A DNA stretch of 64,000 nt from NCBI GenBank assembly GCA_949298065.1, contig CASFUZ010000005.1, forward strand, positions 2,139-66,138, in the 5' to 3' direction. Below, piece after piece: positions 46,491 to 56,595 of this stretch (its first letter is position 1; the number at the start of each line of letters is the position of its first letter). A program made the position numbers and the translations under genes. This stretch comes from an uncultured Pseudomonadota bacterium. Its GTDB lineage: Bacteria > Pseudomonadota > Alphaproteobacteria > RF32 > CAG-239. Under the pieces are notes generated by a model. It saw only the letters and a program-made list of their open reading frames with translations, had not been told where the DNA came from and searched no databases.

Positions 46491-47705
46491 ATGAAAAGAA
46501 GTCTTAACAGACATTTGGCACGCATTTTCAGCGGTTGCCTTTTGATATTGGGTTTAGTTATTTTTTCAACCCAAGCCAAAGCATCTGTTTCATCCATTAC
46601 GATTGATGCCGAAACCGGCGAGGTTTTATCCTCTTCGGGGGCTGATATTTTGCGTTATCCGGCTTCTTTAACCAAGGTTATGACCTTATACATAACCTTT
46701 GATGCTCTGGAGAAAGGCCTTATCAAGCTGGATGACGAATTACCCGTTTCAAGAACGGCCGCCAACCGTTCTCCCTCAAAACTTGGTTTGCGCCCTGGTT
46801 CAACAATTGATGTCAAGACTTGCATTATGGCACTCATTGTCAAGTCAGCCAACGACTGCGCCACAGTTTTAGCTGAAGGTTTAGGCTATAGTGAAGAAAA
46901 TTTTGCCAAGACCATGACCCGGGTCTCCAGAGAACTGGGAATGAAGAACACCACCTTCAAAAATGCCTCTGGCTTACCCAATCGTCAACAAAAGACCACT
47001 GCCAGAGATATGGCCTTGCTCGCCGCCGCTATGTATCACCATTTTCCCCAATATTACAAATGGTTTTCAGAGACCAAATTTACCTATCAGGGCAAAACAA
47101 TTTATACTCACAATTATGTTCTCAAAAAATTTGAAGGAGCTGATGGCTTAAAAACCGGTTTTACCAATGCTGCCGGTTTTAATATCATCACTTCTGCCGA
47201 AAGAGACGGACACCGTGTGATTGCTGTAACCATGGGACATAATACAGCCAAAGAGCGCGATAAAAAAGTTGTTCAGATGATGAGCAAGGGCTTAAGCAAG
47301 CTCGCCTTAAATGATAAGGTAAATTCTGCCAATATGTATGCCAATCTGGAAGAAAAAAAGCTTGAAAACGAAGCGACAACACAAGTTGCCTCAGCACAAC
47401 CGACTCTTCCCAAAGAGCAAAATTGGGATATTCAGGTCGGCGCTTTTTCCAACTATGCCAAAGCCCGCAATTATGCTTTAGAGATTAAGCAAAAATCGCG
47501 CAAACTTGCAAACAAAGAAATTATTATTGAGCCGGTTTCCACAGGCTCGGCCATCATCTACCGCTCAAAAATCGCCGGCTTTGCCAAAAGAGAAGCAGAT
47601 GCCGCTTGCAAAAGTTTGAAAAAAACAAATAAATCATGTATAGTTGTTGCCAAGCAAGATAACGATCAACTCATTTTGGCTCAAAACCAATATCAACAGC
47701 AGTAA
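46491..47705 (+). CDS. dacC: D-alanyl-D-alanine carboxypeptidase (S11, PBP5/6-like) with C-terminal SPOR-like domain
   Basis: 404 aa. Signal peptide. Active-site SxxK (ASLTKVMT). SGN and KTG (LKTGFT) boxes. C-terminal region WDIQVGAFSNYAKARNYALEIK resembles SPOR. Confidence 0.8.
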   Translation: MKRSLNRHLARIFSGCLLILGLVIFSTQAKASVSSITIDAETGEVLSSSGADILRYPASLTKVMTLYITFDALEKGLIKLDDELPVSRTAANRSPSKLGLRPGSTIDVKTCIMALIVKSANDCATVLAEGLGYSEENFAKTMTRVSRELGMKNTTFKNASGLPNRQQKTTARDMALLAAAMYHHFPQYYKWFSETKFTYQGKTIYTHNYVLKKFEGADGLKTGFTNAAGFNIITSAERDGHRVIAVTMGHNTAKERDKKVVQMMSKGLSKLALNDKVNSANMYANLEEKKLENEATTQVASAQPTLPKEQNWDIQVGAFSNYAKARNYALEIKQKSRKLANKEIIIEPVSTGSAIIYRSKIAGFAKREADAACKSLKKTNKSCIVVAKQDNDQLILAQNQYQQQ

Positions 47706-47711
47706 TTACCT

Positions 47712-48518
47712 ATGAACGACCCTATAGAAAAAAAAGCTCACGTAATTGTTGTCAGCAACGAAAAAGGCGGCACCGGAAAATCTACCATCTCCATGCACTT
47801 AGCCATAAAACTAATGCAAGAAGGTTTTTCTGTTGCAACGGTTGATATGGACGGCCGCCAAGGAACCTTATCAAAATATTTAGAAAACCGTGAAAACTTT
47901 TGCGCCAAACATAAAATCTCTTTGCCGATTCCAGTGCATTATCGTTTCACCCCGCAAGAAGATTATAGCTTAATCGCAGCAGACAGAGGAAACATTCGCA
48001 CTCAAATATCTAAACTTTTAGACAACTACGATGCCGTTATTATTGATACCCCTGGAAACAAAAACTACCTTTTTGAAGAAGCGCATCGTTTTGCCGATAC
48101 TTTAATCACCCCGATTTCAGACAGCCTGATAGATTTAAACGTCTTGGCAGACATTGATTTTGAAAACGAAAAAATCGGCCACCCGGGGCATTATGCAAAT
48201 TACATCTGGGAAGTCAAAAAATATCTGGCTTCTTTGGGCAAACCATACTTAAACTGGATTGTTGTTGGCAACAAGCTTTCATCTTATAATTCCAAAAACA
48301 AACAGGTTGTCTTTCAATATCTGGAAAAGATGTCTAAGCTCTATGGTTTTCGTCTGGCCGAAATCATCAAAGACAGAGTCATCTATCGCGAACTTTTCTT
48401 AGAAGGCCTGACCGTACTTGATATGCAACATCCAGATTTGCGCTTAAAGATGAGCGTATCTCACATTGCCGCCAAAAGAGAGATTCGCGCTCTGGCTGAG
48501 TTTATCTGCCCCGAATAG
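47712..48518 (+). CDS. mipZ: Division-plane positioning ATPase MipZ (ParA/MinD superfamily)
   Basis: 268 aa. Deviant Walker A VIVVSNEKGGTGKST. C-terminal KDRVIYRELFLEGLT and SVSHIAAKREIRAL closely match Caulobacter MipZ signature segments. Confidence 0.75.
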   Translation: MNDPIEKKAHVIVVSNEKGGTGKSTISMHLAIKLMQEGFSVATVDMDGRQGTLSKYLENRENFCAKHKISLPIPVHYRFTPQEDYSLIAADRGNIRTQISKLLDNYDAVIIDTPGNKNYLFEEAHRFADTLITPISDSLIDLNVLADIDFENEKIGHPGHYANYIWEVKKYLASLGKPYLNWIVVGNKLSSYNSKNKQVVFQYLEKMSKLYGFRLAEIIKDRVIYRELFLEGLTVLDMQHPDLRLKMSVSHIAAKREIRALAEFICPE

Positions 48519-48527
48519 GAGAAAAGC

Positions 48528-49052
48528 ATGAAAGAATTAAGCCTTCTAATGTTTGTAGCTGCCTGCGGCTACATTCTGAACTGCTTTTTCAATCGCTTTT
48601 CACCTGAGAAAATCCGCCAACACAATTTTTTTATCCCCTCACAAAGAGAATATAATATTTTATGGGGCTTTGCTTTTTATATGGGATTCGTAGCCTTAAT
48701 GCTGCCTGCACATCACAAAATTTGGCCTTTGAGCGCAATCGTCATAATTTTCGTTTTGTTGTTTTATTACAAACTGTTATACAAGACCTTGCAAAAAGCG
48801 CATAAAGGTTTTCTTTTGCAAGACCTGCAAAAAAGACTGCTCAAACAACAAAAAAACGATTCCTTGCTCAACCGCCCCTATTCAAGAGCCGAGGCTTTGC
48901 GCTTGCTGGGCTTAACCGCAGGCACGGATAATGACAATCCGCTACTAAACAAAAACCTTGAACTTTTGCAAAATTTTGCGGACCAAAACCCCAATCTTCC
49001 CTATCTCTCAGAGCTTTTGACAAAGCTAAAACAAAGTCTCTACTCAAAATAA
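48528..49052 (+). CDS. Hypothetical membrane protein
   Basis: 174 aa. Several hydrophobic helices. No motif recognised. Confidence 0.4.
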   Translation: MKELSLLMFVAACGYILNCFFNRFSPEKIRQHNFFIPSQREYNILWGFAFYMGFVALMLPAHHKIWPLSAIVIIFVLLFYYKLLYKTLQKAHKGFLLQDLQKRLLKQQKNDSLLNRPYSRAEALRLLGLTAGTDNDNPLLNKNLELLQNFADQNPNLPYLSELLTKLKQSLYSK

Positions 49053-49140
49053 CGGCTGATAACTTTGTGCGGGACTTGAGTTTAATGCGTATAGTGCTAA
49101 ACTCTTGGCATCAAAATTAAACCCACAACAAGGAGAGAGA

Positions 49141-50760
49141 ATGATAAAAACAATTTCTACCACCCCTTATACAGACCAAAAAATGGGTACGGGCGGACTG
49201 CGCAAAAAAACCAAAGTTATGATGCAGCCCAACTACTTTGAAAACTTTATTCAAACCATTTTCAACACCATCGGCGGTGTTAAAGGCAAGACCTATGTCG
49301 TAGGCGGCGACGGCCGTTACTTTAACGACATTGCCATACAAAAATTCATTAAAATGGCGGCAGCCAACGGCGTTGCCAAACTCATCATCGGTCAAAACGG
49401 CTATATGTCTACACCGGCAGGCTCCAATGTTTTGCTCAAAAACAAAACCAACGGCGCTTTTATCTTTTCGGCTTCGCATAACCCCGGCGGAATAGACAAT
49501 GACTTCGGTGTCAAATATTCGGACGAAACCGGCGGTCAAGTTCCCACTTCCATTACCGATGCGATTTATAAAAATTCTCAAAGCATCAGCGAATATCAGA
49601 TTCTTGATGTTCCGGATGTTGACATCAGCAAAATCGGCACTCAACAATTGGAAGGAATGACCATTGAAGTCATTGACCCGATTAAAGATTATGTTGAAAT
49701 GTTGGAAGGCATTTTTGACTTTGAGGCCTTGAAAAAACTTTTCAAATCCGGCTTCACCATGAAGTTTGATGCCATGAACGCCGTTACCGGACCTTATGGC
49801 AAGCGCATTTTTGAAGAGATTTTAGGCGCTGCTCCGGGCTCTGTTATCAATGCCACACCGAAACCTGATTTCGGCGGCTTGCATCCGGACCCGAATATGG
49901 TTTATGCCAAAGAGCTCATCGGCATTATGTATGGCGACAACGCACCGGACTTTGGCTGTGCCAATGATGGTGATGGCGACCGCAATATGATTTTGGGTAA
50001 AAAGTTTTTTGTATCCCCGTCAGACAGCTTGTCTATTCTAACGGACAATTACAAGCTGATTCCGGCTTACAAAAACGGCATTTACGGTGTTGCTAAATCT
50101 GCGGCAACCTCAACGGCCGTTTGCCGTACGGCAAAAGCTTTGGGGATGGACTGCTACGAAGTCCCGACCGGCTGGAAATATTTTGTAAACCTGATGGATT
50201 CCAAGCGCATTACCTTCTGCGGCGAAGAGAGCTTTGGCACAGGCTCCAGCCACATTCGTGAAAAAGACGGCATTTGGGCAATTCTGTTCTGGTTGAGCAT
50301 TATTGCCGCAACCGGAAAATCCGTTGAAGAAATCACCAAAGAACATTGGAAAAAATATGGCCGCAGCTATTACATCCGCTTTGACTTTGAAGGGATTGAC
50401 AAGGCTGTTGCCGACAAGCTTATGGCTGATTTGGAAACCAAGTTGCCTTCTCTTAACGGCAAAAAGTTTGGCGAATATGAAGTCAGCGAAGCTGCTCCGT
50501 TCATTTATAATGACCCGGTAGACGGCTCTTCCACCAAGAATGGTCTGGTTGTAAAATTTGCTGACGGCTCTCGTATCGTATATCGTTTGTCCGGAACCGG
50601 CACAAGCGGCGCAACCTTGCGTGTTTATATGGAAAAATTTGAGCAAAATCACTTGGATGAAGAACCTCTGAATATGCTCAAAGACATCGCCAAGATTGCC
50701 GCCGAGATTGCGGAAATCAGACCTCGTACAGGAAAACAACAACCCGATGTCATTACTTAG
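49141..50760 (+). CDS. pgm: Phosphoglucomutase (alpha-D-phosphohexomutase family, PGM1-like)
   Basis: 539 aa from ATG 49141, preceded by aaggagaga. Active-site phosphoserine loop SASHNPGG. Mg-binding DGDGDR (ANDGDGDRNM). Sugar-binding GEESFG. Confidence 0.85.
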   Translation: MIKTISTTPYTDQKMGTGGLRKKTKVMMQPNYFENFIQTIFNTIGGVKGKTYVVGGDGRYFNDIAIQKFIKMAAANGVAKLIIGQNGYMSTPAGSNVLLKNKTNGAFIFSASHNPGGIDNDFGVKYSDETGGQVPTSITDAIYKNSQSISEYQILDVPDVDISKIGTQQLEGMTIEVIDPIKDYVEMLEGIFDFEALKKLFKSGFTMKFDAMNAVTGPYGKRIFEEILGAAPGSVINATPKPDFGGLHPDPNMVYAKELIGIMYGDNAPDFGCANDGDGDRNMILGKKFFVSPSDSLSILTDNYKLIPAYKNGIYGVAKSAATSTAVCRTAKALGMDCYEVPTGWKYFVNLMDSKRITFCGEESFGTGSSHIREKDGIWAILFWLSIIAATGKSVEEITKEHWKKYGRSYYIRFDFEGIDKAVADKLMADLETKLPSLNGKKFGEYEVSEAAPFIYNDPVDGSSTKNGLVVKFADGSRIVYRLSGTGTSGATLRVYMEKFEQNHLDEEPLNMLKDIAKIAAEIAEIRPRTGKQQPDVIT

Positions 50761-51853
50761 GAAGCTCACATTAACCATCTTTTTCAACGCACTTGCCTTT
50801 TCGGCAAGTGCGGCTGATGGTTTATACGGTTTTACATCCGCCAATCCCTATACTTATGAGGAGCAAATTTTAGACATCAAAGTTGCGCCAAAGACGATTG
50901 TGAACTATCGCGAAGCCATGCGCAAAAACATCATCGCCTTGGCAGAGTTCGCCAAAGCCGAGAATAAAGACTTTGAGCTCATCGCCCACGAAGGCGAGGA
51001 ACTATTGCACAAAAGCTTGTGGGAATATCACTTAGATGGCTATAATGAAGCCCGCAAAAAAGGCTTAAACGCCGATGACCCGGTGTTTTTGGCACACTTA
51101 AAACGCACGACCCCGGAAAAAGACTATTCCCCCTCATCTGAGGCTTACGGCAAAAGCATAAGCGGCCTAGCTGTCAACAACCGCTTTTGCGGCAAACATG
51201 AGCTTAATGAACATATCAAAAAGCACAATTTAAAACTCATATCCATAGATTATTGCAAAACCGAAGCTGCTTTTGATGAAGCAGCTATGAACGCAACCGG
51301 CCTTAACTATTTGCTTTATGCCTTTCTCAAGCCTGAAACAGCCTTTAAGAAAATCAGAAAACAACCGATTATTAACGAAAATGCTCAAAACATTTTCAAA
51401 ATTGCCGAGGCTCAAAATATATCACTCTTTATAGATGACAGCTTATATAAAGACAAAGAAAGATTTTTGCAAGATATTAGGGAATCAAACTATGACATTG
51501 TCGTCATAGATCCGTTCTTCCATCATACATCAGCTTACAGCAAAGAAGATGTAGAAAGCCTAAAATTCAAGAAAAACGGCGCAAAGAGATTGATTTTTGC
51601 TAAAATAAACGTCAGTGAAGCCGACCCTGATGACTATTATTGGCAAGATGAATGGGAGATAGAAAAGACACCTTGGTTGGCCAGAGCTTCTTTCACTGAT
51701 GAAAATGCGGTTATCACCCAATATTGGGATGAAAACTGGAGACAAATCAGCGGTCGCTATTTCAAAGGCATCGTTGACAGTGGCTATGACGGCGCTTTTC
51801 TGACCGGCATTGAAAATCATACCTATTTTGAAAAACAAACCCCGCTGGAGTAA
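50747..51853 (+). CDS. Secreted protein, possibly GH114-like TIM-barrel glycoside hydrolase
   Basis: ~368 aa from internal MSLLRKLTLTIFFNALAFSASA signal peptide. DIVVIDPFF and YDGAFLTGIEN weakly resemble GH114 endo-alpha-1,4-polygalactosaminidase motifs. Overlaps the pgm stop by 14 nt. Confidence 0.35.
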   Translation: MSLLRKLTLTIFFNALAFSASAADGLYGFTSANPYTYEEQILDIKVAPKTIVNYREAMRKNIIALAEFAKAENKDFELIAHEGEELLHKSLWEYHLDGYNEARKKGLNADDPVFLAHLKRTTPEKDYSPSSEAYGKSISGLAVNNRFCGKHELNEHIKKHNLKLISIDYCKTEAAFDEAAMNATGLNYLLYAFLKPETAFKKIRKQPIINENAQNIFKIAEAQNISLFIDDSLYKDKERFLQDIRESNYDIVVIDPFFHHTSAYSKEDVESLKFKKNGAKRLIFAKINVSEADPDDYYWQDEWEIEKTPWLARASFTDENAVITQYWDENWRQISGRYFKGIVDSGYDGAFLTGIENHTYFEKQTPLE

Positions 51854-51856
51854 CAG

Positions 51857-52123
51857 ATGAACGAAGTAGAAGTTTTAGACATATCCCGCGAAGCCATTTT
51901 TACCCTGATTAAAGTAGTCTCTCCGGCACTACTTGTTGCCTTGTTCATTGGTTTAATCATCGGTATTTTCCAAGCCTTAACCCAAATTCAGGAAATGACC
52001 TTAGCCTTTGTTCCGAAAATCTTAGGTGTCTTTTTCACTCTGATTTTGCTCTTTCCTTTTATGCTCAACCAAATGCGTATGTTATCAGAAACTCTGTTTG
52101 ACAAGATTGTAACCGGCGGATGA
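51857..52123 (+). CDS. fliQ: Flagellar export apparatus protein FliQ
   Basis: 88 aa, two TM helices. Typical FliQ/SctS size and hydrophobicity. Followed by fliR and flhB. Confidence 0.85.
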   Translation: MNEVEVLDISREAIFTLIKVVSPALLVALFIGLIIGIFQALTQIQEMTLAFVPKILGVFFTLILLFPFMLNQMRMLSETLFDKIVTGG

Positions 52124-52129
52124 TAACCA

Positions 52130-52891
52130 ATGACGCAACTGCTTAATTTGGAAATATATCAGTTTATCTTTGTCTTTTTAAGAATAGGCTCGGCCATGGT
52201 AGTAATGCCGGGCTTTGCGGTCTCTTACGTAACGGAAAGACAAAGGCTTTCCATCGCCTTAGCCGTAACGGTTGTTTTGGTGCCTTTTTTAAGCAGCTAT
52301 CTTCCACCCGCCCCGACAGATTTCTTAGAATTTTTGCGCATTGCTTTGTTTGAGATAATTTATGGCTTATTTATGGGAATATATATGCAAATAATGTATT
52401 CGGCTTTAAGTTTGGTCGGAAACTTTGCCGGACAAGCCATCAGCTTTTCCAATGCGCAAGTTTTTGACCCCACATTCCAAAATCAGAGCATCGTCATTGA
52501 AACTTTTTTAAGCCTTGTTGCCTTAACCGTTATCTTTGTAACAGATTTGCATCACTTAATGTTGTCAGCCGTCATAGACAGTTACAAAATTTTTCCGGTA
52601 GGCTCTGCCTTACCTGTGGCCGATTTTTCAGACTTTTTAAGCCAAACCGTCAACAAGAGCTTCATCATTGGTTTTAAGATAGCCTCGCCTTTTATTGCTT
52701 TTTCCATTGTTTTTTATGTCGGTATGGGTTTGGTCTCAAGACTGATGCCGCAACTAAACATTTTCTTTTTGTCTTTACCGTTACAAATCTATCTTGGTTT
52801 GGGTCTGTTATTTTTAACCACGCCGATAATGATTCTTTGGTTCGCCAAATATTATGAAGACGGCTTAATAAAGTTTACATCAGGGAGCTAA
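52130..52891 (+). CDS. fliR: Flagellar export apparatus protein FliR
   Basis: 253 aa polytopic membrane protein in a conserved fliQ-fliR-flhB arrangement. Confidence 0.85.
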   Translation: MTQLLNLEIYQFIFVFLRIGSAMVVMPGFAVSYVTERQRLSIALAVTVVLVPFLSSYLPPAPTDFLEFLRIALFEIIYGLFMGIYMQIMYSALSLVGNFAGQAISFSNAQVFDPTFQNQSIVIETFLSLVALTVIFVTDLHHLMLSAVIDSYKIFPVGSALPVADFSDFLSQTVNKSFIIGFKIASPFIAFSIVFYVGMGLVSRLMPQLNIFFLSLPLQIYLGLGLLFLTTPIMILWFAKYYEDGLIKFTSGS

Positions 52892-52894
52892 GAG

Positions 52895-53971
52895 ATGATA
52901 GCCGAAGATGAAGACGAAGCCTCAAAGACCGAAGAACCATCGGAACGAAAAATCAGCAAAGCCAAGGAAGAAGGCGACATTGCCCTCTCTCAAGATGCCA
53001 AAAGCTTCATTATGCTTATTGGTATGCTTTTTGTGATATGGTTGGTATTACCTTTGATGTTTAAGTGGTTCTATATATTTTCTCTGCGCTTTATTGAAAC
53101 CCCGGATGCCATCCCAACAGACGCACGCCACTTGCGCTTATTGTTTTATGAAAGTGTTTTGGCGCTTCTCAAGATTTTAGGCATTCCTTTTGCCATCTTT
53201 ATGCTTTTAGGAATTTTTGCCAGCGTTGCGCAAACCGGTTTTGTTTATGCGCCCAAAAAACTGGAACCCAACTGGAATAAACTCAATATTTTTGCCGCCC
53301 TCACCCAATTTATAAATATGAAAAAGATTGTAGAAAGCTTAAAAGGCATCATCAAAATCACGGTCATAGCCTTTATCGGCATTCTGGTTCTAAGACCTTA
53401 TTTAGAAAAAGTAAACCTCATGCCCGAAATGGACGTTATGGGAATTTTATCATTTATTCATAAAGTTGTGGTTGTCTTAATTTTCACGGTGGTTATTGCT
53501 GTTTTTGTCATTGCGGTTGCCGACTATGCTTACCAAAAATACCAACATTTGAAGAAACTGCGTATGACCAAGCAAGAAGTCAAAGACGAATATAAGCAAA
53601 TGGAAGGTGATCCTTTGGTCAAGTCGCGTATCAGACAAGTCCGAATGGAAAGAGCCCGCCACCGTATGATGGATGCCGTCCCGCGTGCCGATGTCGTTAT
53701 CGTCAACCCGACACACTATGCTGTGGCCTTAGAGTATAAAATGGAAACAATGGATGCGCCGGTGGTTGTTGCCAAAGGTTTGGATAATTTGGCTTTGCGC
53801 ATTAGGGAAATTGCGGAAGAGCATGAAATCCCGATTGTGGAAAATCCACCTTTGGCGCGTGCGCTGTTTGCATCCGTAGAGCTTGATCAATCAATTCCGG
53901 CCGAACACTTCAAGGCCGTAGCCGAGGTAATTGGATATGTTATGCAGCTTAAAAATCCGCAGACCAGATAA
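52895..53971 (+). CDS. flhB: Flagellar export switch protein FlhB
   Basis: 358 aa. Four TM helices, then a cytoplasmic domain with the NPTH autocleavage site (VIVNPTHYAVAL). Confidence 0.9.
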   Translation: MIAEDEDEASKTEEPSERKISKAKEEGDIALSQDAKSFIMLIGMLFVIWLVLPLMFKWFYIFSLRFIETPDAIPTDARHLRLLFYESVLALLKILGIPFAIFMLLGIFASVAQTGFVYAPKKLEPNWNKLNIFAALTQFINMKKIVESLKGIIKITVIAFIGILVLRPYLEKVNLMPEMDVMGILSFIHKVVVVLIFTVVIAVFVIAVADYAYQKYQHLKKLRMTKQEVKDEYKQMEGDPLVKSRIRQVRMERARHRMMDAVPRADVVIVNPTHYAVALEYKMETMDAPVVVAKGLDNLALRIREIAEEHEIPIVENPPLARALFASVELDQSIPAEHFKAVAEVIGYVMQLKNPQTR

Positions 53972-56582
53972 ACTCCTGCAAAAAAGATTATTGCAGCTGG
54001 CCTATACATTGATAATCTTGAGCATCTCAATAATCTTGTTTATGCTCTATCCCGAATATTATATTTATTCGGTTATCAGTATGTTGGTTTTAAGTGTGCT
54101 TTGCCTGGGCTTAACCATCAAAACGCTTCAGGCCGGAGAAGAAGCCATCAGTTACGGCGGCTTTGCCAACGAGATAATCAAAAATGATTTTAAAGCGCGC
54201 CGCATAGACAACGCGCAAGGCGAACCCGTCATTCAAAATGATGTTGCCAAAGAGCTCCTAAAAAATGAGCCGATTCTGGAATATTTGGAAAAACAACTCA
54301 GCGAGAACCGCAATAATAAAGCCGCCTTTTATCGGTTGCAAACAGCTTGCCGTAATCTCTCTTCCGAAAGAGTAACCTTAGGGCTGAATCTTCACCATGA
54401 AGAAGACAAAGTCTTTGCGGAAGAAGAATGGTTTGACATTTCGGTTCGTCCGATATTTTTGAAAAAGACAGATATTTTTGAAGGCGCATTTTCCATCAAA
54501 GCCATCAAAAAAGACACTTATTTATATTGGAGTTTTCAAGACATTACGGCAAGCAAAAACATGGAGCGTGTTTTTCAGGAAGAACGCCAAAACCTGCACG
54601 ACTTTTTGGACTATATTCCGGTCGGATTATATACCTGTGCCAAAAATTTTGAAATAGAATACGCTAACCACGCCTTTGCCAAATTGGTCGGACTTCCACG
54701 AGAAGACATCATCGGCACGAATTTTCGCAAATATTTGGGCGAGAATCAAGAAACCCCGCAAAATACAAGCTGGTCAGGCCGACAATATTTTGTAAACAGC
54801 GCCAAAGAAGCAACCGAATGTTTTGTCATTCAGGAAAGTTTTCGCAGCAACAAGGAATATAAGCTCAGAGGTGCGGCGGTTGCAGGCATTCCGTCAGATA
54901 GAGATACCAAAAAAGAACTAAGCTCTTGTCTGGATAAAATAAGCTGGCTGTTTAATGCCGCCCCGGTTGGCATCATCTTCATCAACCGCGAAGGCAAGAT
55001 TACGGATTGCAATGTCAAAGTCAAAAACTTTTTGAAAACAGAAAAAGAAAAAATTTTATACCAAAGCATTTTTGACTATATCAAAGAAGAAGACAGAGCC
55101 GAACTGGAAAAAAAATTTGCCGCAATTTATGCCTCGGTTACAACTTCTGAATCCTTAGATGTTCACATAAACTTTGGTCAGGAAGAACACATTATTCAGC
55201 TTTATATCAGCCCGATGCGCAAATTTTACTCTTTTGACATCAGCGATATAGACGGCATCGTGCTTTATATGATAGATGCCACCCAGCAAAAAACACTGGA
55301 GCTCCAATTTGCTCAAGCCCAAAAGATGCAAGCTTTAGGACAACTTGCCGGTGGCGTATCTCATGACTTCAACAACCTATTAACCGCCATGATAGGTTTC
55401 TGCGATTTGTTGTTGCAAAGACACGGTGTCGGCGACCCCTCTTTCTCCGATTTAATGCAAATCAAACACAATGCCAGCCGCGCGGCGGGTTTGGTAAGGC
55501 AACTATTAGCCTTTTCACGCAAACAACCGCTCAAACCCAAACTGATAGACGTTACCGAGAACTTTGTTGAATTAAGCCATATGCTGAAACGAATTTTGGG
55601 CGAACAAATCATTTTGGAATTTTACCACGGAACGGATTTAGGCTACATAAGAGTTGACCCCGTACAATTCTCACAAGTTATCATCAACTTGGCCGTCAAC
55701 GCCAAAGATGCAATGAACGGACATGGTCGTTTAAGTATTTCCACCCGCGTAGAAGACTTAACCGAACCCTACCAGTTTGGTGCCGACACGATTAAACCCG
55801 GAGAGTTTGTCGTTATTGATGTTAAAGACACGGGCTGCGGTATTCCGCCGGAAAATTTGACGCGCATTTTTGAACCTTTCTTCTCCACCAAACAAAATGT
55901 TGTCGGCTCGGGAACGGGACTGGGTTTGGCCACTGTTTACGGTATTGTACGCCAAACCGAAGGTTTCATTAAAGTAGACAGCAAAGTCGGTGCCGGAACA
56001 ACTTTTTCCATTCACTTACCGCGCTTTGATTCTCTGGCTGAAGAAGATGAAAACAAAAAACCCGTCCAACAAGATAATATCAAAGCCAAAGACGGCTCTC
56101 CGGTCATTACGGTTCAAGAGCAAATCACCTCTCCTATTGCTCTAAACCAAAAACTCATTTTCGGCTTAAATATTTCAGCCATAGACCGAAGCATCAAAGA
56201 AAACCCCAATGCGACATCAACCCGCATTTTGTTCGTGGAAGATGAAGATTCGGTTCGCTCCTTTGGAGTCAGAGCTTTAAAGAAAAAAGGCTTTGACGTT
56301 GTTGCTTGCAATTCGGCCGAAAATGCGTTAGAACAGTTAGCGCAAGACAAAAACTTTGGCCTTTTGATAACCGATATGGTTATGCCGGGAATGAACGGTG
56401 CGGAACTTGCCGGCAAAGTACGAGAACAAATAGCCAATATAAAAATCATATTGGCCTCAGGTTACTCAGAGGAGATTGCCAGAAGAGAGCTTGCCGGCTC
56501 ACAAGATTTTGACTTCTTGGCCAAACCCTTCAGCCTGGGAGATTTAACCAAAAAAGTTTTTGATGTCTTGAGTAAAAACTGA
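53931..56582 (+). CDS. cckA: Hybrid sensor histidine kinase/response regulator, CckA-like
   Basis: 883 aa. Two N-terminal TM helices, PAS-like repeats, HisKA H-box GGVSHDFNNLLTAMIGFCDLL. HATPase N, G1 and G2 boxes. C-terminal receiver domain (ILFVEDED...ITDMVMPGMNG). Overlaps the flhB 3' end by 41 nt. Start uncertain. Confidence 0.6.
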   Translation: MDMLCSLKIRRPDKLLQKRLLQLAYTLIILSISIILFMLYPEYYIYSVISMLVLSVLCLGLTIKTLQAGEEAISYGGFANEIIKNDFKARRIDNAQGEPVIQNDVAKELLKNEPILEYLEKQLSENRNNKAAFYRLQTACRNLSSERVTLGLNLHHEEDKVFAEEEWFDISVRPIFLKKTDIFEGAFSIKAIKKDTYLYWSFQDITASKNMERVFQEERQNLHDFLDYIPVGLYTCAKNFEIEYANHAFAKLVGLPREDIIGTNFRKYLGENQETPQNTSWSGRQYFVNSAKEATECFVIQESFRSNKEYKLRGAAVAGIPSDRDTKKELSSCLDKISWLFNAAPVGIIFINREGKITDCNVKVKNFLKTEKEKILYQSIFDYIKEEDRAELEKKFAAIYASVTTSESLDVHINFGQEEHIIQLYISPMRKFYSFDISDIDGIVLYMIDATQQKTLELQFAQAQKMQALGQLAGGVSHDFNNLLTAMIGFCDLLLQRHGVGDPSFSDLMQIKHNASRAAGLVRQLLAFSRKQPLKPKLIDVTENFVELSHMLKRILGEQIILEFYHGTDLGYIRVDPVQFSQVIINLAVNAKDAMNGHGRLSISTRVEDLTEPYQFGADTIKPGEFVVIDVKDTGCGIPPENLTRIFEPFFSTKQNVVGSGTGLGLATVYGIVRQTEGFIKVDSKVGAGTTFSIHLPRFDSLAEEDENKKPVQQDNIKAKDGSPVITVQEQITSPIALNQKLIFGLNISAIDRSIKENPNATSTRILFVEDEDSVRSFGVRALKKKGFDVVACNSAENALEQLAQDKNFGLLITDMVMPGMNGAELAGKVREQIANIKIILASGYSEEIARRELAGSQDFDFLAKPFSLGDLTKKVFDVLSKN

Positions 56583-56595
56583 TATATGGATATGG

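Noticed and set aside
49117-50844. 176-aa and 244-aa minus-strand ORFs antisense to pgm
   Set aside because: Fully overlapped by phosphoglucomutase, which has clear active-site motifs, and they have no independent support.
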